From the NCBI GenBank assembly GCA_965202585.1, contig OZ241829.1, positions 66,216,001 through 66,280,000 on the forward strand: a stretch of DNA of 64,000 bases, given 5' to 3'. Source of the DNA: Thalia democratica. Taxonomy: Eukaryota. Below are positions 1 through 13,463 of the stretch, in pieces. Position 1 is the first letter of the stretch, and each line of letters starts with the position of its first letter. The notes beneath the pieces were generated by a model. That model had not been told where the DNA came from, made no database searches, and saw only the letters and a list, made by a program, of their open reading frames with translations. The position numbers and the translations under genes are program-made.

Positions 1-744
1 TACCACGGTTTTGCTTAAACTTCATGTGCAGATTTTTAATTTTTTGAATCTTCACTTAAAGGAAACTCGACCTTATTTTTTTGTCTAAAATCTAAGATCC
101 AGTTTTGTTGAACGTGCAAAGTTTTTTTCAGATGCGCGACCCAAGAGGCCGAAGATTCGGGTATGATGCTCAGCGTAAATAGAATGAGCGACTATATAGT
201 TGTTAGCTTTAATCCGTTTGCGTGGTCTTCCGGAGTGCACACATCGCAAGTACTCACCTGCCAAGTTCGTCTCTGCACATCGGGCTGCCCGGCTCCAGTG
301 AGTCGATTAAACGCTGCTTTAAACAATACACTTTCATTTTAAGTTTTCAAAAGTGTGTTGATGACGTCACCATTAAAAAAAAATCAACAAATTTAGCAGT
401 TTTTTGCAAAGCTTTTACAAAAATATGCTAAAGCAACTAGGTCACCTATAAAAGGGTTTCCTAATAAAAGATTAATGATTTCATAAGTATTAGCTTGTTG
501 TGACGCAACAAGCTCTAAAAACTTACGAAGAACAACTTTTTTTTTGTTTGCGCATTTTAATGAAGAAAATAAAACAGTTTTACGTGCTTCATAAAAAAAA
601 ATATTTATGTTTAATTACTGAAGTTCTGTTAGACTAAATTTGCTTTGCAATTCACAGCTCAGTAGGTGGTCAAATTAATTATGTAAAGATATTTTGAAGA
701 CATTTGATATATAAAGTTTTTTCACGTTTATTTTTGGGTTACAG

Positions 745-858
745 TATACTTGTACAAGCCGGGCAAAAAGAGATTTAGGTGACGTAGAACACATGAAAAC
801 TTTTGAAATTTCTACTGATTGGGAGACCACAACCGACAGAGATAACAGCTGTGCTGAG
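745..858 (+). CDS. Internal exon of an extracellular protein with a furin-type cleavage site (gene continues left of the window)
   Basis: Acceptor tttttgggttacag| and donor |gtcagt; 114 nt, phase 0-0, open: YTCTSRAKRDLGDVEHMKTFEISTDWETTTDRDNSCAE. RAKR fits the R-X-K-R furin consensus. Confidence 0.6.
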
Positions 859-1320
859 GTCAGTTTGCAGCAGTATAGACTCTATGTTAAAATAATTCAA
901 ACAATTAATTCTTACAAAACTTGTGTGCACTTCTAGTTTTACAAAACTTCTTTGTACACTTTGTTTAGCAAACTTATGCACAAACCAACATTTTAAACTT
1001 TTGTTTGCACACAAATACAAAAAATTCTTGGATCATGTAAAAATGATGACCCCAAGCTTTTAACAATTGTAAATCAAGACATCATATATGTTTTATTAAA
1101 TAATGACCCCATGTGGCTCAATTTTAGTAAATTAGCTGTCAAGTATGCACGAAGGGGTACTTTTTAACGGCTTGAATTGTTTTATTTTTACAATTTTTTC
1201 CCTAAACAAAAATTTTTGATGGCTGTTCTCTTACTCTAACTTAAGAACACATAACAAATAATTACATCTATGTCATAGTTTATTCAAATGTTTGTTTAAC
1301 TTATTACTAATATTTCTCAG

Positions 1321-1386
1321 GATAACGGCGGGTGCGAAAGTGACGAATACTGCCACATTTTCGACGATGAAGTACAATGTTCAAAA
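1321..1386 (+). CDS. EGF-like exon, in frame with 745..858
   Basis: Acceptor tatttctcag| and donor |gttagt; 66 nt, phase 0-0: DNGGCESDEYCHIFDDEVQCSK. Joined to the previous exon it reads CAEDNGGC...C...C, the C-x2-xNGGC EGF-type pattern. Confidence 0.6.
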
Positions 1387-2439
1387 GTTAGTTGTTACAT
1401 TTTGCATGAAAGTTTTACTTGTAGTAGACATTTAGGTTACACTCACGTAGCATCACGTGCAATAGGTTTGGTTAGAAAGCAAGAAAACTGATAAGCTCTT
1501 TGAGCAACAGCTAGCATATTAAACAAATTTTAAAGACAATAAAAGTGTAACATTATTCACAATGAATCTATTACCTTGCTTTTAGTTAAACTCAGCACTG
1601 TTTAAAAGGGAACAAAAAATTATCAGAATTCTGAACCTTTTTTTGTTTCCTGTCAAAGTTTATATCGCTCGGGAAGCACGTGTTGACCGGTTTCATGTTT
1701 CCTGTGCAACCCCATGTCAGAACTGAAACAAACGCAATAAAAATGCGATTTTCTTTCAGAATAGTTTAATAAAAATTGTATCTGTATGTTGACTTTTTGA
1801 TATTAAAGAAAATTTATTTCATATTTTTTATAAGTATATTGAGTTCTTATTTCGATAAGTGTTTTTGTAGGAAAATGACTATACGCTATATAAATATTTA
1901 TAATTACATTGCAGTGGGGCAAATTAAAAAAAAAAACTTTTTGATCGAAATTAGTTAATCTAAAGTTAAAAAAAACTATTTTTGAATGAAAATTTAACTT
2001 TTAGGGTTTCATTTTCAAACAGGAAGTTTTTGACCAAATCACGTATTGTTTTTATTTTTACAACATAAGAAAAACATTAGATTTGTAATTTCAGTTTTTT
2101 CTAAAATAATTGTTTACGTCTGCTATTAAAAAGTTTTAAAAAGTAATTTTATTTTTGATTGAAGTTCGACTTTTTGCTAAATTATTTTAACTGGAACTGT
2201 TTGACTAGGTAAATGTTTTACATATCATAGAATTTTTTTTGTGATATAAGACAAGTTAACGATTAATATCAAAAAAAAAGTTATATGGCAAAAACTTTTT
2301 ACTACAAAAAATTATAAAACTACGTCATTTAAAAACACTTAATAGCAAAAAGTTAACAGACAGATATGGATTTTTATTGCATAAACTGTTTTAGAATAAA
2401 ATCATATTCATCCGCATTTTATTACTTTAATTCCAGTTT

Positions 2440-5400
2440 TTACAAAGTTGCGCAGTAAAATCTAGATACTTTAGGTCCTAACAAGTTGACTGAGACTGAA
2501 CTAAATACTTTATACCGCGTGGGTAAATATAATAGCAAAATAAAAACAAGACGAATTACACTAAAACTAAGATATCAATATACTAGAAAAGTATTACTGA
2601 GTCTAAGAAATCTCAAAACATTCCACAATGGAAGAGAAATTAATATCTGCATTACATAATATCTGCGTACAAAACCAGAGATTGAGCATTTTAGAAGATT
2701 AAGAGTTAAACTGAAAGAAAAAGAAGCAGAAACTTCAAGCAGAAATTTGAACATTAGGTACATGATCATTTAAAACAGAATAGTTGAAAACACTGGACAG
2801 CCCTCTCGGTGTAACACCTAGGATTTCTTGGTCTAGTAAGTCAAGTTTTTTAAACTCTTACTTCAACTTTTTAACTCAAAAAGTTAAACAAACAATTTTA
2901 GGGAAAAATAATTGGTTTTTATATTAGTGCTTGTACTAAAGCCTCTTATTAACAGTTATTTGTAATAACTTATACTCTTGTAAAAATGTTTTAATAAAAG
3001 TTTCATATTTACAAACATAAAATCTGTTTTAAATAAGATAATTTTTGTCGAATGTCTAATATGTGTACAAAAAGTCGAGAATTATTTTTCTTTACTGAAA
3101 CATGTTTAATCTAATACTTTTGATCTAAATTTTTGTCCCTTTAGGTACAATATTATCCGTAATGATAAACTAAGCAGGGGGAAGCGTTGCTGTTATTTTT
3201 AGAAACTCTATTAAATTTGTTGAAGCTAAAAATAACGTTATTTCCTTTGATGGTTTTGAATTCATATGTTTTGATTTGATTTTTAATAACATTTTTATGT
3301 GTCTACATCCCTCCAAGTTCTTATAAATCTCTATTAATTGCTTAAAATGTGATCAAAATTAACAGACACTTTAACCCGAAAAAGTTTCCTTTTTAAACTT
3401 TTAGTATCTTCAACTTACCAAATATTGACTGAAATATTCCAAGCACAACCTACAATGACTGTCACATAGGCTTTATTTTTTTTTAGATAATCTTTTTACA
3501 CAACTTATTGGTTCACCTAGACATAAAGACTGTAATATTCTTGACTTACTGCTTTGTAATTATATGGGTTTGGTTAGAGTTGAGTTTCATTCTGTAGATT
3601 AGCCTTTAAACGATGCTAATGACCACAGCGTTATGTCGTTTAGCATTTATGTTGATAGGAGCACAAAGCTAACTTCTCGGTCGCTCTACCCAGACTTTTA
3701 CTGAGCAAACTTTGATAACATTAATAAATCTTCTTCATAAACAAACTGGAAAGTTATACATAACGATTCAAATAACTTATAAAAATTTTATGACGAATTT
3801 ATAAAAAAAATAATCTTTTCAATCAAACCGTTTGTGCCTTTAACTAAATATCACAGAAAATTAAAAATATAATTTTTACAATTAAAAGAAAACTGTTGAG
3901 AGAAAAACTAAAGCTTTATAAACATTGTAAATCAGACAAGCATATGATATAGAAATAAAAAAGTATCAATGGAATATAAAAAAGCATTTAATATGTTTAA
4001 TATAAAACATGAAAAAAGTTTTTTCTAGAACATAAACGCAAAAATAAATTTACTGGTATGTAAACCTAAGCTTAAGATATCACCTACTATTTCTGTATTG
4101 CATGACGAAAATAATTCAACAATAGTATCTGATTTTGATAAAATCTCTTTTTTAATAAGGCTTTTTAAAAAGTATTTGTTAAAGACGATTAAAATAAAAA
4201 TTTTGAATTTATTGATAAAGACTGTCTAGAAATGAAAAATTCCTATAAGCAGTGATGAAATAAATAAATTTGTCAATCATTTAAAAGATAAAATAACAAG
4301 AACACTAGATAATATTCTTTCATTTTTATTGAACGTCCTACTTATTTTAGAAGTTTTCTAATATCACTAATCTTTTATTGTTCTCTGGCTATATCTTTTG
4401 TGCCGAAACAATAGCAAATTTCATATATAATACCAATACACAAAAAAGGTAGCAAATACAACCCTTTAAATTACAGACCAATTTCTTTGACAAGTAGCTT
4501 TTGCAGAACTTTTGAACATATAAGTTCTATTAAAATACTTGACCTTTTTTTTAAATAACCTTATTTCACCTAAACAGTTTGCTTTTCTCCCTAACCAAAC
4601 ATCATGTTTTCAATTATTAGATTAGTTACACTCTCGTTTGGTGTCATTTTTAAGCAATAGGTCTACTAAAGTAATCCAAAAAGCTTTTGACTCTGTCTCT
4701 CATTTTAAGCGAATTAAAACATTATCGCAATACAAAATTGATAGCAGTCTAGTTAGTTGGTTCAAAGAGTTACTAAACGATAGAACTCAAGACGTAGTAA
4801 CTAATAAAATATGTTTAGAGTATTTACCTTTTTTTTAGTGAAGTCCTTCAAGGAGAGGTTATTGGCCCATTATTATTTCTTATTTACATAAATGATATAG
4901 CTTCAGAAGTTGATGTTAGTAGCAACTTTAACCTTTTCGTAGATGACACAAGAACTTAAGTCGATCGAACACAACGTTACAGGTTTCCTTAGGTAAAACT
5001 TACAACTGGCTAAAGTAAAAAAAATTAAAGTTAAAGCCTAGTAAATTTCAAGTTTTAAGTATTCCAAAATACACTACTATCTCTACTTTTGACCTTAAAA
5101 TAAACAATACAAATTTAGGTTCAACTAATATTGGAACATACTACACCATTATGGTCTATATGCTTAAAAAATGATATTAACCATATAAAATCTGTTCAGA
5201 GAAAATATACCAGATTATTCTACAACCGCAGCAATATTTCTTATACGTTTTATCTTAATATACTAAATAAACTTGATAATTAAATCTTTAGAATACAGGA
5301 GACTTGAATTTGACCTCATTAATTTTTCTAAACTAGTTAATGGTAAAACTAAATTAATATACAATCAATTTTTTAACCTTATAGAACTAATTACTTACTG

Positions 5401-6027
5401 AGATGAAATAGCAAACAGTTTACATGCAAACATCATTTCAATAATTAAGCTTGGCATAATTTTATTTTTATCAGTCAGTTGAAGTATGGAACAAACTTTC
5501 AAACAAATTAGTTTCTTGCAAAAAAGTTAAAGTATTTAGATTAAAGTTTAAAATTTTTGATTTTAACAAAATTTTAGTTAGTAAAATTAATAAGTAGTTT
5601 TATCAACCGTTGATTTAATTTTAAGATTTAGCTTAATCAATAATTCATTTTTTATTAGCAGCTCCTTTACTCTATTAATGATAAGTCCCTTTTCAATGTG
5701 TTTAATTATGATTTATCTAGCCAGTCCATTCTTGTTGTACTTGTGGTGTGAGGTTTTTAGTTCTGTTGTTAGTCAATGCATTCAAATATTTGGTGTTGAT
5801 CGTTATACGACAAAGCGTAAATAAGTATAAGTTTATGGTTGAAAATTTTGGTTTTTATGTTAAACTATAAGTTTTATGCTAAAATATGTATTTATCTTTA
5901 TTTTAACAAAATAAAATTTTTGTATTATTTTAACTTTTGATTTTTTCATTCTGTGTCTTTCTGTTTAAGTGGCCTAGATTTTGATGTCTAGGTCCATCAT
6001 ATGAACAATAAACTTGCAATAATAAAT
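2440..6027 (+). mobile_element. Degenerate, near full-length CR1/L2-clade LINE (ORF1 remnant, APE endonuclease, reverse transcriptase, T-rich 3' UTR)
   Basis: Frame-broken motifs in canonical order. ORF1-like LYRVGK...RRITLKL (~2510-2760). APE: YNIIRNDKLSRG-VAVIF (~3145), FTQLIGSPRHKDCNILDLLLCN (~3495), DHSVMSF. RT: NYRPISLTSSFCRTFEHI (~4470), KAFDSVSH (~4680), VLQGEVIGPLLFLIYIND (~4845), LFVDDTR (~4935), KSVQRKYTR, SLEYRRLEFDLI, VWNKL. Many stops and frameshifts; both ends approximate. Confidence 0.85.
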
Positions 6028-8297
6028 GCTGAATGCTCCTAACCTGTTTTTTTTTATACATTGTTTAACTTTTCAAATTTATTGTTCAATGTACGAAACT
6101 AATTATGACATATGATATTAAACAAATAATAATAAAAGAAACAAATATGCACATTGCACAGTCTTTATTTTTTTGATATCTCATTTATTGATTTATTCTT
6201 ATCGAGATTATTTTTGTTAAATCAATATACTGCCCTTTTTATGATTAAAAAAAACACTCTGAGACATAAACCTACATTGCAATTAGTTTTAATCAACATT
6301 TTGGTATTTTGAATCATTTTTTTATTGTGTTTATTAATTGCAATTTTTTAACAGGTGATCAAACAAACAAGAGAAGCTTCAACCGTTAATTAACAATACA
6401 TCTAAAGTAATTTTGTTTCGCAAATAATAAATATTGAAAACGCATATTTTGTATCTTTAGTAGATAAATAATGATATCTTCCTCTCGATTACGAACTTTT
6501 TAAGTCCAAACTTTCAGTTGAGTTTTTTTAATCAAAAACTTAGAGTTAAAATCAATTATTCATTTAGGCTGGATAAAAGAGCGTACTTATAAGGATAATT
6601 ACTCTATTTACTAGCATATACAAGAAATAAGAGTACGGATTTTATTTGTAACTAAACTTTAAAGTAACTTTTCTTATTTTACGAGCTTTTATCATTTTTA
6701 CAATGATAATGACTTAAAAGTAAAATAGTTTTCTAACCATTCTTATTGCTTTTGCTATAGAAAACTTTAGTTAGTAAGCTAAATGAAAATAAACCTTTAA
6801 AGTCATGACGTTTATTCAAATTTACGAAACTTTATAAAACCTTATGTATCAAGTATAAATTTTAAGTTTCTTTTAACAAATTTGAATGAAACTTTAAAAA
6901 CTTAGCTAGTACTGGAGTAGTTTATAGTTTTAGAGAAGTTAAGAAAGTTATCATAAAATTATAGCAAAAACACCAAGAAAATTGCAATGAGTTTCTTAAA
7001 CGTTAAATTTTAAAAATTTAGTTTTTGTCTAAAAGTATTTTTTTACACATTTTTTATTTAACTTGTTAATCAGTTAATTAGCAACAAGAAAAATATTTAT
7101 CTAGTGAATAAGTATATAAAGCTTACGTTATTGACATTATCAATTTGTAAAAACATAGTATTTTTCAATAATACAGTAAAATCACTAAAAGTTTAAAGAG
7201 TACATCAACTTAGTGAGTAAAAAAATGTATATTTGACAAATAAATTTAATCAGCAAAACTTTAAATTTCTCATGCATGTTCATGAAAATTTATTTGTTTT
7301 GAAACAATATCAAATTTTCCGACAAAATTAAAGTATCGGACAACAAAAGAAATTGAAGTTATCTGGACCCTTAAAACTTTATAACGTGTTTAACTTTTGT
7401 TTGTGATATAATCATCTTAGAAAACGTCAATTTTAATCAAAAAACCTGTGCATTTTCTGTACAGATCAGCTCATTTTATGAAGAAATAATATTCAATGCT
7501 TAATTCTTGTAAGAATGCTTGCTAAATTTAGATTAAACCTCTGAAAGATTCCTAAAACACTATGCTGTAGTTTAGTATAAGTAATTTCTTGTAGATAGTC
7601 TCCATACTCTCATAAATACCAGGTTCATGTCTAAACTATACGACCATTCTAATGGCATTAACCTTACAAATATTTGTCTTAATATTCACAAAACGTAAAA
7701 CTTAAAGTTTCAGCTGTCAATTAAAAAGAAAAGTTTTCTTTTCAATATTTAAAACTACTGATGAAAACATACAATTTATCTTTTGTTTAAGTTATGTAAG
7801 ACACAAAATAAGTCTTAATATATTACGGTCGATCTAGTAACTTCACAAAACTTTGATATGTTCTTCAGGCGTAAAACTAGCACAACTATAAGTTTCATCC
7901 GATAATTCAAAACTTAAATAATTGCAATGTTCTAAAAGGTTTTTTGTATAGTACCTCTGTTTTTAACAAACAGATTGTAAATTAATAGCTGTATATGTGC
8001 TTGTTGAAAATGTTTTAAAGCTAGTTAAAAAGTCATAAAGGTAAAGAGAACTTTTTTAAATTGTAAAAATTTTTATATACCCTAGCAAAAATACAACACG
8101 TCGCGACTTGTAGCAACTACTTTAAATTTAATTACATACATAAACCATTGACTTTATTAAAAAGTATAACTTTAACTAATCGATATTATAAAACGCACAA
8201 AAACTACAAGATCTTTTTAAGAATATTTATTAGTAAGATCATTAACACTAAGCAGAAAACACGAAATAAAGAGATAAACAATAAATCATAAACTCAA

Positions 8298-9385
8298 TCA
8301 CCTTTTTAGTATGCAAAAAAGAAAATTATCAATATTCCAGTGGCGCTCGCAAACAGTTTTGTGTTTTTTCTCGTCGTTGTCGCAACGCTCAAATTCGATC
8401 GTTTTCAAAACGTAGTCGTACACCAGGTAGTTCATTGTGGTGCAACTTCTTATGCCCTCGAAGGTCTGCACGTTTCCAAAACTTTAGAATGTTCACATAC
8501 TTCACAGACTTCACACTGTCTAAGATCGACCTTTACAAAACAGGTTGTTATTGTGCTGTATGCAGTTTAAAAGTTACTTACCTCAGTTATACTCTGTTGC
8601 AAAACAAAAAAAATCAAAGGTAGACACATTAGTGTACGTAGAAAGTTTACCTTGCTAGCAAGTAGTAACTGTACCTAATGAAAAAAGGTAAAAATGAATT
8701 GAACTGCAATTATTATTTGTTAGCTTGTAAACTAGTATCAACTAAACTTGATATTTATCATTGATTGAAAGTAGTTATCGTCTTGTTGGATGTTCCATAC
8801 AAAAGAGCGTCTGGCAAAATCCCAAGCTACACCCTTTTCCATGCACGCCTTTCTTGCTTCTCTGTAGTTGTTAGTGTTGTTATGGTAAACGTCCGTGTTC
8901 GTGTCTCTTTTCGTCGTATCCCAAAAATTTTGGTTACCTCCACATCCGATCTGCAATTATTAAGTTGTAAAAAAGCAAGTACTTATGGCAGGAGTGAGTA
9001 TAAACTGGTATTATCAGCCAGTTAAAACAGTTTGTAAAATTGCAGCTAGTCCACGTCTTCACTGTCGTGAGGGCTCTTCATTGGACGCCAGGGCTTGCGG
9101 GACGTGCGTTCTGTCTGACCACCCTTGTATTTGTACGTGCAAGTGTCACTGTACTCCGGTACGTAGCCAACTTCGTCACGGTCGAGTAATCTTGTGGTCG
9201 ATGTGCTGGTACGTTGTTTTTGTTGCCACAATTCAAGGTTTCGTAAATATAGCGGTTGAAATCGCTATGCGTGCTTGCACTCAGTTACAGCGTCTAGTTT
9301 TAACGAATCGAGTGCAAAAAAAGTATAAGTGTCAGGAGCTTAAAGTGCGAAGCGTTACATTAGTAGAAAGCGTACAAATAATTTG
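8298..9385 (-). pseudogene. Decayed coding-like segment, possibly C-type-lectin-like
   Basis: CpG/GC-richer island. Minus-strand fragments with C/G-ending codons: YREARKACMEKGVAW (~8820-8870) and FEGIRSCTTMNYLVYDYVLKTIEFERCDNDEKKHKTVCERHW (~8330-8465). No continuous frame; acceptor ataattgcag| at 8950. Confidence 0.35.
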
Positions 9386-12300
9386 CCCTTAAAGTAAACA
9401 TACCACTATTTATAACCTTTAAATGCTATAAACACTATAATACAATAGTAAACAGATATGCGACTGCGCAAGCTGGTTTGCGTGTAGACGTACTTTAAAT
9501 GATTATACACCAATTTATTGTTAAAAAAGGTACTTATGGCTTAAAAGTTGTGACCTACCGAATCCAAAAACTAGGATCCGATCAGTTTAAACTTTTGGGA
9601 ATTGTTAATGTTGAGTAAGACTTTGAAGTTATTTTATTCGTTTATTACCTATGCTGCGAAAACCTCATAGTCGATGGACCAGAATAACTAGAAATTCTTT
9701 CTACGGGCATGACAAATTATTTAATTGTTTTGTAATTTAAATGGTGGTGCATTTACTTATGCTTGATAGTTTAATTGTATCATTTCAGGTAATTTTATTA
9801 ATTTAGTGAGTTTTTTTAGTAAAGAAGCACTGTTTCTATGAAGAAAACATACAAATGCACAGTCTACATCTTTGGTATGAATTTAACTAAATTTACAGTG
9901 TACAGAAACCTGTAACGTTTCAAAATTATTTTCAGAATAAAGTTATGTTGTGTTTTATTGCTTTATAAAATAAAATACTTAATAGTAAATTAAAAAAGGT
10001 TTTAGCGCGTTATACGCTAATACTCACAATTAGACCAATACAAGAGTAAACTTTCAAAGACAACAGTTTAATTGTTATGTAGTTTCTTTTAATATTTTAA
10101 CGTATTACTTAGTTTTGAAAATTTCGAAAAAATACATTCTTAAAACGAAACTAATATTCTACGTATCAAGTCATTATTTTACAAAACAGTTTAAAGTAAA
10201 TGCATTTTTATTTCACAACAGTACTTAGTAACAGTACTATTTTTTACAATAACATTGTTAGTTTGATAAAAACAAGTTCTTTGTAAACGTAAACTAAAAC
10301 TTTAACTCATCCCCATTACTATTAGTAAGCGCTTGTTTTAAGCAAAACTGAAAAATGTAATTTATTAAAAATTTAAGATTAAAAAAGTTTAAACATTTTA
10401 AAACATCAAATTTAAGTTAACGATAAAAACAAAAGCTTGATTACCTTTTGGTTTAATGGTTGCAGGTGTTTAAGTTTTAACAAAATTATCATTGTTTAAA
10501 TCACTTTAAAAATAGTTTTTATACCCATTTTTTGTTACAAAAATTAAAAAAAAATTAAAGTTACAAAATACATTCGAACTAAAAACTCTTAAAGTCGTTA
10601 AACGTGTTAAAGTTAATTATTATTTAAGTATTAATAATAACTTTACGTACAAGGAATAGCAAAATATTTTGAAGTTTCCAAATTCCTTAAAATAAATCTG
10701 TCATAGAAAATAAAACCCTTTAGTACTATGTCAATAATATAGTTGTTAATCATAAATTATAGTTTATACATATTAGCTAACTAAAATTTTAAAAACTAGC
10801 TACAAATTAAAGGGTTATGATTTAACGACACATGGTCTTATGTTCAGTTTTTGCTTCTTCATATTTATCTTCTACAATATCTTCTACAGTTTTTTTAACA
10901 ATTAATCTCAGACTTTTCCAGTATAAATTTAAATTGAAAACCAACAGATCTATTGTAAAACTTATATTTTTTTTTTGGTCATAAAATGCTTTTTTTATCG
11001 TTACAAAAGGATTTTTGTCATAATGCAAAGAACAATCTGTAAAGTTGTTCAGAAATTCTGCAAAAAAAAGTTATTTTTTATATTTTTATATCGAATTTAT
11101 TTTACTAAACTGACTATGTCTCAAAAATTTCTTCTATAAAAACAGTTTATTGTTTAAAACATTAGCCTTTAAATAGCTTATGCTAGTTTTTTTGAAACTA
11201 GTCTTGGACCCCGCAATAACCTTGGTAAAATTAAGTTTAATACTTAATTTGCAGTTTATAGATTTTTACATAAACAGACTAAAACAGTTATAATAGTTTA
11301 TGCGTCAAGCTTGTTTATATGAATGTATAATTTAATTTAGTATTTTTATAGTTTAGTTAACAATGAATTAATCACTATTGTTCTGTGTTGTTGTGATTGA
11401 GTTGGTTTTTGTTCAATATATTGTATTTTAGTTTTGTACCTCAAAACGGAAACTAATGTAAAGTGCAATACAAACAATTGACTTATTGACTAGAAGATTT
11501 TGTACAAAAACATACAACGAAATTTGAAACACTTACATATCTAAAATAAGAAGTTTCTTTTTGTGCAACCACTATATGTTCTAATGTTTTGTAGTAGAAG
11601 TAAGCTTAACGACATTGTTTAAACATTCTCTTACAATTTTAGTTTTTGTGTGTGATATTAAGGTGATTGAAACAAAACAATTAACAAAGTGTTATCAAGT
11701 ATTTTAAAATATTTTTGAGGGAGATAAAGTATTAATTTTTTTCTTTACTTTTATAACTTTTTACATTTCCATAGTTTGTACAAAAAACTAACGCGTAATA
11801 AATAATAAAAAAAAAGTTTACTTGTTAAAAGCAGCTGAGAACTGTTTAATTATATGACGTTTTAACTTATGTTTACAGCAATGTCTTTAATAGTATATTC
11901 CTTTTTCACTATTAAAACTTATTGCATAGTTAATACAAAGTACACTTAATGCTTTTTTAATAACAAAGTAAATCTATGTTGAAATTAAGTTATGGTAACT
12001 GAAAGTAATAACTTTATAAAATTTAAAAATCGAAAACAGGCAGCGTAAAACTATGTTTGTTAAAAGTACATTATTGTTTGAAATAGATAAAGAGTTAATA
12101 AAACCACCAATACTTAAATTTAACTTTTTATGTACGATGTTGAGAAGCAAGCATTCAAAAGTTTAAAAAATGCAGGTTTAAATTCTTAAATTTTTTAAAC
12201 AAAAATCACATACTTTTCAAGTTTTATTATATACAAAGCTTTCAGTAAAAATAAGTGGGAGTTCACTGGTCAAAGTGCAAATGTTTAGAGTTTTACATAA

Positions 12301-12622
12301 AAAAACATTTTTTAATCTGTAAGATTTAATCTAAAATAAAGCTTAAAAAACTATTTAAAAAACCAATAGCACGTAAATGGTTTCAAAAAGGTTTAAACAC
12401 AAAGTTGAAAATTGTGTAATACATTTTTGTTTGTGAAAAAAAGTTAAGATAATTTTTTTTAAACTAACATTATTTTTGACATGATTACTTTTAAATACTT
12501 AATTAAACTTTAATTTAAGTCCTATAAAGATATTATTATTCCCTAAAATACAAAATAACATTAAAAGCTAGTTTCTAATTGTTCAAAACACTGTTTTAAG
12601 ATTTTTTATGGAATGTATTAAT

Positions 12623-13463
12623 TGGGAACGGGTCTAAATTGCACGAAGACCTAAATGCACGAGGTTACTAAATTGCGCGAGTGGACTAAATTGCACGAGA
12701 ATAAAATTGCACGAGTGAACAAAATTGCACGAGGGAAAAAAATTGCACTAAGACGATTTTGCACGAAGGGTCAATTTTGCACGACTTACATTTTTGCACG
12801 TGAGGTAAAATATAAAGAAAATTAAATAAAAAAAATAAAAAACTAAATATAAAAAAAAAATCAATAAAAAAAATAAGTTACTTACCGAGGGAGGAGTAAT
12901 AGTGATAGTATAAGTAAAAATAAATAAATAGCTAATAAAAACTATAAAATTATAATAAAAAAAAATAATAATAAAATTAAAAAAAAGTTAATTAAGATAA
13001 AAGCTACCGACCGAGGGTAAGGGTTAGGGGTAATAGTGATAGTAAAAAAAATTGAGCTAATTAGAATTATATTAGAAAATTAAATAAATAAAAAAATTAG
13101 AAAAAAAACTACCGACTGAGGGTAAGGGTTAGGGGTAACAGTGATAGAAAAAAAATAAACTAAATTAAAAAAAAAAAAATAAAAAAAAACTATAAAAAAA
13201 TAAAAATAATAAATTATAAAAAGAAAAAAAAAAACCGTGCAAAAGTATCTCCGTGCAAAATTGTCTGCCCGTGCAAAATTGTCTTCGTGCAAAAGTGACC
13301 CTTCGTGCAAGAGTATCTACGAGCAACTTTATCTTTGTGAAATTTTATCCCTTCGTGCAAAAGTGTCTTCGTGCAAAAGTATCTTCGAGCAATTTTGTAA
13401 ACTCGTTCAATTTTGTCCCCTCGTGCAATTTTGTACGCTCGCGCAATTTAGACAGCTACCCGT
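12623..13463. mobile_element. Non-autonomous TIR element (MITE-like) with subterminal TTGCACGA arrays and an A-rich core carrying telomere-like repeats
   Basis: Left end tgggaacgggtctaaattgcacga; right end tcgcgcaatttagacagctacccgt. About 10 roughly 18-nt TTGCACGA units face inward at left and a similar number of TCGTGCAA units at right. ATTAAT lies on both flanks. Confidence 0.75.

Noticed and set aside
222-431. 69-aa ORF and nearby GC-rich patch (132..310) with conflicting splice-like signals on both strands
   Set aside because: No recognisable product, and strand and frame could not be resolved.
5721-5816. Hydrophobic open segment as the TM exon of the furin/EGF gene (with 6355..6393 as last exon)
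   Set aside because: It lies in the T-rich presumed LINE 3' UTR, where hydrophobic translations are expected by chance, and the splice signals are weak.
13010-13140. GGGTTAGGG as a true telomere or healed chromosome end
   Set aside because: Only one TTAGGG per unit, and it is embedded inside a TIR element.
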